A stretch of 61,447 nt of DNA, the filler included, from Basidiobolus ranarum (Eukaryota): NCBI GenBank assembly GCA_040143965.1. It is 4 parts of 4 records of this genome, joined end to end, with 100 filler letters (N's around TTAATTAATTAA, not from the genome) between each part and the next. Parts side by side here need not be neighbours in the genome. Positions count along the whole stretch, not along the records: positions 46,202 to 61,447 come from JASJQH010007261.1; 3 more parts are not named here. One strand, written 5' to 3'. The position numbers and the translations under genes are program-made. Shown here in pieces: positions 54,440 through 61,447 of the stretch. The notes beneath the pieces were generated by a model, which was not told the DNA's origin, ran no database searches, and was given only the letters and a program-made list of their open reading frames with translations. Position 1 is the first letter of the stretch. Every line of letters starts with the position of its first letter.

Positions 54440-55504
54440 GTTTGTTGCAGAACTTTACTCTTAGGGTTAGTTAAGCCAACTTAACATATTCGCTGTTGAT
54501 GCTGAATCGATATGACAACCATAGATAGAGTCATGTTTGCCATTTGCTACCTATTTTGGGATTGGGAATGAGATAAACACTCCCCTGCCCTACTAGTCTC
54601 GGCACCTTGTTGAAACAGACTCATATAATGCTAAATAAATTCGTGTGTAATAATCATTGTAGTTGGTGCATTTGTCCCAGTGAGTGATGTCATCAATACA
54701 TCTCCAAAATCCCTGATGTCGTTGAGTTTCCAAGTATGGTTCAACTGATTCTTCGATCAAGCCTATATTGAGTTGTTGCAACAACCCAATCGAGTAGATT
54801 CAGGTGATATGCACAGAAGTATGTAGTTACTATCCTCTAATAGTAATGTTCGAATGAGATGAGCATTTATTCAACATCCGATTTAGTGTAAGCTTGGAGT
54901 ATTACATAACTGATGAACCATACCATTCGCTAGTTATGTGACCCTTCTTCCAAACGAACATTACAGCCACGCCTTAGCTCATGCCTAGTGGATGATCTCC
55001 TTGCCCTTGTGGCCCAATTATACGCCCAAGGTTGACTCCCGTGTACAGGATTTATTAATGACTCTGAATACTGCGTCTTCGTTTAATCACTGATTCAATC
55101 ATTGATAGACAATAACCTTACTATGTACAGGGTGTTTAAAAGTACTATGCGCAGGGAGCGTGACGGCAGAGATCACTCAAGACTCTGAGGCATAATCTAC
55201 AGGTTTCTTGTACTTCATTATGCAGTTACAGCCGCGAGAAGTGAGGTCTGAATGGAAGGTCATCGTTTCACATTGTAATTTGATCAAATCATAAAATTCT
55301 ATTTATGGAAACATACTAGTTTTAACTCCTATATATTCGGCCAATGAACTCGTGCTAATCCTTGATTAATTGGCTGGTGTGATGACGTTGTCTCGGTATG
55401 TCGTATATCGTCATCTTCATGTTTCGAACAGTATTTAAGTCACTCAAATCCTTCGTTCACTTACAAAAATCCATCTTTAATCCTAAACCCATTTAACTCT
55501 CAAC

Positions 55505-55745
55505 ATGGCTCTTACCTGCACCGATATTTTCAAGTTCTTTTTCGCCATCATTCTTCCTCCTCTTGGTGTCCTCATGGAACGTGGTTGTGGTGTTGACTTG
55601 CTCATTAACATTGGTTTGACACTCCTTGGATACATTCCTGGTCAGTATATTCTTGATATCGAGTCTATTGAATTAGTCACTAATAATTCATGCTGTTTAT
55701 TTTATAGGTATCATTCATGCGTTCTACATTATTCTGAAGTACTAG
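55505..55745 (+). CDS. PMP3: Pmp3/RCI2 plasma-membrane proteolipid, 2 exons
   Basis: AIILPPLGV..GCGVDLLINIGLTLLGYIPG|IIHAFYIILKY*. Confidence 0.95.
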
Positions 55746-56510
55746 CCACTCTGAAGTGATGGCACACCTGTAAAAATTATGCTATCTCCAATTATACAGA
55801 AATTCTAATTTGTACTCAGAAATAAACGACCTATTATTACAACCAACATACATACTTTAGTACAAGTGGGCAAGAAGCAGTATTTTTGAAGTGGCCTAGA
55901 TTTTATCAAAGTGATCGAGATCGTTTGTTTATAGCCAACGGATGTAACCTCAACCAAATCAAACATCTACGTTGTTGATGGATTATGCTCGATTTGTGTA
56001 ATCAAACTATCTCCCTGATCGTGCCATGTGACACTTATAGAAAAGTCAATCACATTACAAGGTTTACCTGAATTCAAACTCCAGGGGGATACCCATCTAG
56101 TTTAGCATCGTTACTAGTCTTAACCAATGAAGGTAAAGTAGAAAAGAACAAAAACCGATGAATTCATTGTGATAGTTAGTATGATTATCGTATTATCTGA
56201 GTCCAACGTGTGGAGCATGATTTCCAATATCAAAGATGGTGAAGATAAATGTTGATGTTAATCTTATTCACATTGAAGCAAATTACGCGCTTCTTACGCA
56301 TTGTGATTAACACGAACAATAAATTGAACTTTGTATCAATATTTTGTACTATATGAACCATTGTGTGTGTTTAAGGGATTAAACTGGTCACACTTACGAG
56401 AAATAGGAGTATACTATATGTCTCTCAAGTGGCCTGGTCGACTGCATACTTAAAAGAACAGGATGAAGTTAAAGGGTTTTCAGATTTCTTTATTGTTAGG
56501 TGATATTTTA

Positions 56511-57466
56511 ATGCCGAACAACTTGAATATCTTTACCTTTCCTCTCTTTTATTTATCACTTTCGGTGGTAACTGCGTTCCATCAGACACCTTTCACCGTT
56601 GATACTCTCAAAGATGCCACCTGCCCTGACGTATTGTCATGTCAAACTAATAACGTGGATACGTGCTGTAGCCCAAAATATGGTTTATTAGTTCTCGCTC
56701 AGCAGGTTAGTAGTATGAAGCAGAGAGATATTGAAAAGGTAGTAACATGGTGCATGTAGTGGATTGTTGGCTATGGACCTGAGGATTCTTTTACTGTTCA
56801 TGGCTTGTGGCCTGATACATGGTACGTATAATTCTTTTTTCAACATTTTCCTGACAATCAACTGATTTATCTACAACATACTACAGCGACGGTGGTCATG
56901 GACCTGGAAACGGTTGTGACAACTCACGTCATTATAGTAATATTAGTGCAATCGTACAAACTGATGCTTCACTTTACGAAGATATGAATTTGTATTGGCC
57001 ATCATACAAAGGACATAACCCATCTTTTTGGTAAGGAGTGATGAGAAGAATTTATTTCCCAGTTTAACCATTGAAAATTTCCATATCAAGGTCTCACGAA
57101 TGGAATAAACATGGGACTTGTGTTACTACTATGAACCCTAGATGTTATAGTAATTATACAACATACTCAGAAGTTCGAGATTTCTTTCGTACTGCGTTAG
57201 ATCTACGTAAAAAGTATGATATTTACAAAGCACTGGCTAATCAAGGGATCACTCCTGGTAAAACGTACGATCGTAATAAATTCGCAGATGCTATAGAAAC
57301 TGAATTGGGTGCTGAGGTCTTCTTACGCTGTCGAGGTAAAAGTATGCTACAAGAAATTTTCATGTGGTTTCATGTTCGTGGATCTACAAATTACGTACCC
57401 AGCAAGAGACTAACTGGTAATCGCGGATGCTTCAAGACCATCTACTATCCGAAGAAGTATGTCTGA
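56511..57466 (+). CDS. Secreted ribonuclease T2, 4 exons
   Basis: Signal peptide, DTCC, CAS I FTVHGLWPD, CAS II FW|SHEWNKHGTC. An alternative in-frame ATG exists at 56463. Confidence 0.95.
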
Positions 57467-57628
57467 AAGGCAATTACTAAAGACCCACCATATTGGATAA
57501 GTGGGTCATGGATTGGATTCGTTACTCTAAGCATAGTTTATTAATAATGATGCATAAGTAAAGATACCATTACGTGAAAAAAAAACCAAACTGATATTTT
57601 CTCTATGATTATATGGTACTCTTACTAC

Positions 57629-58651
57629 TCATTCCTCCTCGAACACTTCATCCAAAATTTCTTCGATGTCTTCTTCTTTATCTTGCTGTTCTTCCTCATC
57701 GTTTTGTGAGTACGTATAGCACAAATCCTGAATTTCAAGCACTTGCGATACTGGGAGGCCAAGTCTGGGCAAGTAATCGTTTAGACTGGCTGATCGTCCC
57801 TCGATTGTTCTTCCATTATATTCATTTGCAGTGGGGTGTGTGCGCTGCCAATTCCACCATACTTTATCTACATACGCATGATGAATCCAAAATAATGGGC
57901 TAGAAAGATACATTTAATTGGATGATGAGAGAGTGGGGGAGAATAGGAAGTCCATGAACTTACTCGTTAGAACCCCACCTCTCATCCATATCCCCTCCTA
58001 TGGAATGATGAATTCCCCCATGAGGCTCTCGTTCAAACAATGTTCTAAGTTCATGGTAACTATTCGCTGAATCAATAATTTCATTGATTTCTTCGGAGGT
58101 GCTATACAACCCTTTGAAATCCTCCCGGTTAAAGGTTCGCTTCAAGCAATGCCGATTAGGGGTACTAACCATCCACCCAGCAAATGGCCCAGTGGTGACA
58201 CATCCATCTTCCCATCTTCCATCCCCTCCAAACCAAGAAAATATTGGGGAATCCTCAGGAGAATCGGCGTCTTTAGTCCAATCCTGTTGCATCGTATTAA
58301 GTCAAGTAGAGAACATCTTCATATCAATACACCACCTACCCAATAAGGCAATGTAATGGCCGGGTTTATTCTCTGCAGGGCTTGTTCAAATCGACGTATA
58401 TACAGTCGATGCCACGGAAAGAATAAAGGAGTTCGATGAAAGTAGGAAAATTCTTCGTTATGTGAACGAGTTATACGATCATACTCTCCATTGCGTTTGA
58501 GTTGGTTGATCGCTCGGATAAAACGCAACCTATTGGTAGTGGAAAGCTCTCTAATCTCCTTTCTAATATGGATCCTTGAACATCTTGCAGCGCAACCTAA
58601 ATTCCAAAGTAAAATGAAGACAGTATAAAAGAGCACGTTCAGTGGAGTCAT
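57629..58651 (-). CDS. Secreted tyrosinase / type-3 di-copper protein, 3 exons, acidic tail
   Basis: Signal peptide; RKEIRELS; CuA histidines in SHN, FHR and FFPWHR; LPYW|DW; CuB PHGGIH..GGDM and PLFWIHHAYVDKVW. Confidence 0.93.
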
Positions 58652-58909
58652 GATGGAGTGAGTTATAGCAGGAGCTTGGTGAATCATGTGTCACCTAAGA
58701 ATATCATACTCATCGACCTGTTTCATGATGAAACATTTTGCCAGTATAGGGTCTTCCCATGTAATTCGGGTGAGTGATGAAAGTTTCAGAGCTATAACAT
58801 GATTTATTTATAAACGTGGATGTTGTGTAACTAGTGTTGCATATATATATAAGAGTACGTTAAATGAAAGAATGGACTTACAAGGTTTGAGTGATGCCTA
58901 TCCATTCCT

Positions 58910-59542
58910 TTAATGTCTCGAAAGTTTCTTGGGAGTTCTTGAAATTCCACCAGATTTGGGTACAGTTATACCTTCCCAATGACTTCGCAGATCCTGTATT
59001 CTACCATATAGCATCTGCCGAAGTTGGTCGAGTGGTATTTCCTCCTCAGAACTATCCAAGTCGTTTAATGATGGTAGCGGCTCCATGATTTCATAGTTGT
59101 ATGTGGTATCCGTCTGCTGGGGGATGATATCAACTGGCTCTACACTGTTGCTGGAGATACATGTATCGTTATTGTCTGTGGATATGTGGTGGGTCTTTCC
59201 ATCGTCGAACGGAGCGGTTTTGATGTGATTCATTTCCTTTTCGAAGTTGATAGTCACACATATTCTAAGTGATGATAAAGGCGTACCTGAGGAGTGAACA
59301 TGAGTGATGTTCCTTAGGAATGCAAGAGTCGTATTCAGAAGCAGGAAAATAAGCATATAAGCGCTGTTGATCAGCATAGCAGTGGCCTCAACGACGGTAA
59401 TAGCCACAGCGTACTCAAGGTATATGCCCTTTTCTAGATTAGCTATCATATTTAACATTAACAGCTCTACGGCAGCGTAGAAAAAAATCATTTCAGTGTG
59501 GATAGCAGCGTTAGTGGAGATGTACAATTGAACTGAGAACAT
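58910..59542 (-). CDS. Hypothetical membrane protein (210 aa, intronless)
   Basis: Long ATG-initiated ORF with two hydrophobic segments and a polar tail. No family recognised. Confidence 0.4.
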   Translation of the reverse strand: MFSVQLYISTNAAIHTEMIFFYAAVELLMLNMIANLEKGIYLEYAVAITVVEATAMLINSAYMLIFLLLNTTLAFLRNITHVHSSGTPLSSLRICVTINFEKEMNHIKTAPFDDGKTHHISTDNNDTCISSNSVEPVDIIPQQTDTTYNYEIMEPLPSLNDLDSSEEEIPLDQLRQMLYGRIQDLRSHWEGITVPKSGGISRTPKKLSRH

Positions 59543-60175
59543 ACAGAGTGATCTCCGTTAACGCTCCCTTTATAACAAACCAGGTTTTTGTGTTGATTAT
59601 TTGGCACTATTATTTTCATAAATGTTGGCCAATTAACACGAAGATTTTCATTCTATCTAACATAAAGAAAACAACACGCTACAGCATAACCTTGGTTTAT
59701 ACCTGATTGGTAGTGACCGAGCTATTTTATCTCTTGAAGACGAATGGCAAGCCTCAACACCCCAAATTGTCTCACTCTTCGAGTAAACATACATTCTGGG
59801 TACTTGTTTCGTTCTATTTCTTTGAATGGTTTTGGAAAGAGTGTGTAAATAGTTGATGGTATGATTCAAATTTAATTAGCTAAACAATCCCTGATCATTT
59901 ATTAAACTAACCTGGACCCTGATCAGTCCCTCAGAGATATCCCACAAATCAGAAGTAGATTAGTGACTTGTGTTAGATTGATTGTTTACCCAGCGAAGCC
60001 TAGTGCCTTCGCTTATTACCACTTTGTCAACCTCAAAGATAAAGAGACTTGGAAATTCATGATATATTACCGATACAAACGATACTAAACTGCACATCTT
60101 ACCTATCAAATTTTGTGTCTATTTGCTCGGATTGCTAAAGATAGTTCATGTACTAAACTAAAATAAGTCAGTTTG

Positions 60176-60690
60176 GGTTGAAGTATTTTGGGAGTTGTTG
60201 GAAGTGATTTGGGGAACTAAAAGAATTTGTCCAAATGAGCATTACCTAAACACCTATATAGTCTTATAGAGCTTAGTATTTGGTTAGTCCATATTGAACT
60301 AAGATATCACCCACTATTTGATATTGGAATTTACTTGGAATATTTTTACCAACTTAGAATTTCTCACACATGTAGATTTTTCAAACCTGTACTGGAAGCC
60401 CCAAACTTTGCGCACATATTCCTGGGACCTTTCGTAACACATTTGCACATTGTTTACAGCTTGACAAAACCATAAATGTCAACTTTCAACTCAATAATGT
60501 TGAAATCAACATAGCTTAAGCATATATATATAGCTTAGTATTTAGTTATCCTATGTTTCACTAAGATATCACCCATTATTCAATATCAGAATCTACCTAC
60601 ATGTTCTCAGATATATAGATTTCTTCAAGCTTCTGTTAGAAGCCCAAAGCTTTGCACACATGTTCCTGGGAGCTTCCTTAACATATTCTA
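60176..60690. mobile_element. Cluster of truncated copia LTR fragments (same family as 12704-13049)
   Basis: Shared blocks such as AAACTTTGCxxxCATxTTCCTGGGACCTT and CTAAGATATCACCCA; one copy starts TGTTGAAAT at 60498; an inverted end fragment lies at ~60176-60230. Confidence 0.8.
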
Positions 60691-60946
60691 CTTATTGGAT
60701 AATTAATCTTTATTCAACATCTTGGTTAACTTTAGTAATGCTACATATATCAGAAACAGAAAGAAACATATCTATTGCCCCCATATTCTAATTAGAAATA
60801 TCTCCATATCTATATAACTAGTATGTCTTATTACCCCCACTTATCTATCATATCTTATTACACAAACTCCGGAATATCTCAAACAATTGATTTACTTCTC
60901 TGCTAAATAAGTCACCATATTCTCTTAAGAATAATGTAACTAAAAC

Positions 60947-61278
60947 TGCTGAAAAGTATTTGGGAGCCTGTTGCAAGTGATTTGGAGAATTAGAGAAATT
61001 GTTGGTTTTCACTTATTGACTCATTGAGTAGATAGTTCACATTTATGGTTTTGTGATGATGTAGGCAAACTAGCATGTAGAATGTGTCAAGGAAGATCCC
61101 AGGAGCATGTGTGCAAAGTTTGGGGTTTTTAGAACAAGTTATCAGAATCTATATATATCTTCAAACTTTTAAGTAAATTCCAATACTGAATAGTGGGTGA
61201 TATCTTAGTTCAATATAGGATAACTAATATTAAGCTATATATGACTATATAGGTGATTAGGCAATGCTAATTTCAGCA
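60947..61278 (-). mobile_element. Full-length solo copia LTR
   Basis: Reverse complement aligns end to end with 12704-13049; termini TGCTGAAA/TTTCAGCA. No target-site duplication is visible. Confidence 0.85.
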
Positions 61279-61447
61279 ATGCTTAGGGTACTCATAAATA
61301 AGCACTTGGTGTTTGAGTTGAAATAGGGATTTGTACCTGTTGGAGGATCTTGACATAATGGGGTAGACTTTGAGTATTAGAAGCAACTTATGATAGTGTG
61401 TTTTAGTTAGTTTATTCTTAAGAGTATATGGTGACTTATATAGTAGA

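Overview
Eukaryotic (fungal) genomic DNA, not a contiguous locus. Three artificial N44-TTAATTAATTAA-N44 linkers join four unrelated ~15.3-kb contigs: 1-15320, 15421-30721, 30822-46101 and 46202-61447. Contig 1 is a strongly CpG-depleted nest of dead transposons: CMC/CACTA Tnp2 elements, two Ty3/gypsy lineages, a Ty1/copia with its LTR and PBS, and a possible Ulp1-carrying repeat. Contigs 2-4 carry intron-rich genes: a GH16 GPI-protein tail, a CHZ-motif histone chaperone, a DDT/WHIM/WSD remodeller subunit, CreA/Mig1, RPN9, ERG3, HOG1, a WW-MyTH4-RhoGAP (ARHGAP39-like), a PWWP-like protein, an alpha/beta hydrolase, two tandem Sso-type syntaxins, a hexokinase-like probable pseudoenzyme, PMP3, RNase T2 and a tyrosinase. 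The strongest signal is three minor-spliceosome (U12-type) introns: two AT-AC introns in the RhoGAP and one GT-AG intron in one syntaxin paralog, whose tandem twin has a U2-type intron at the same position. Other notable items are an unannotated 49-aa secreted peptide gene and a CpG-specific mutational signature confined to repeats. The gene set and U12 introns point to an early-diverging fungus (Zoopagomycota/Mucoromycota, e.g. Basidiobolus-like); this is inference. All calls are by eye with no database searches.
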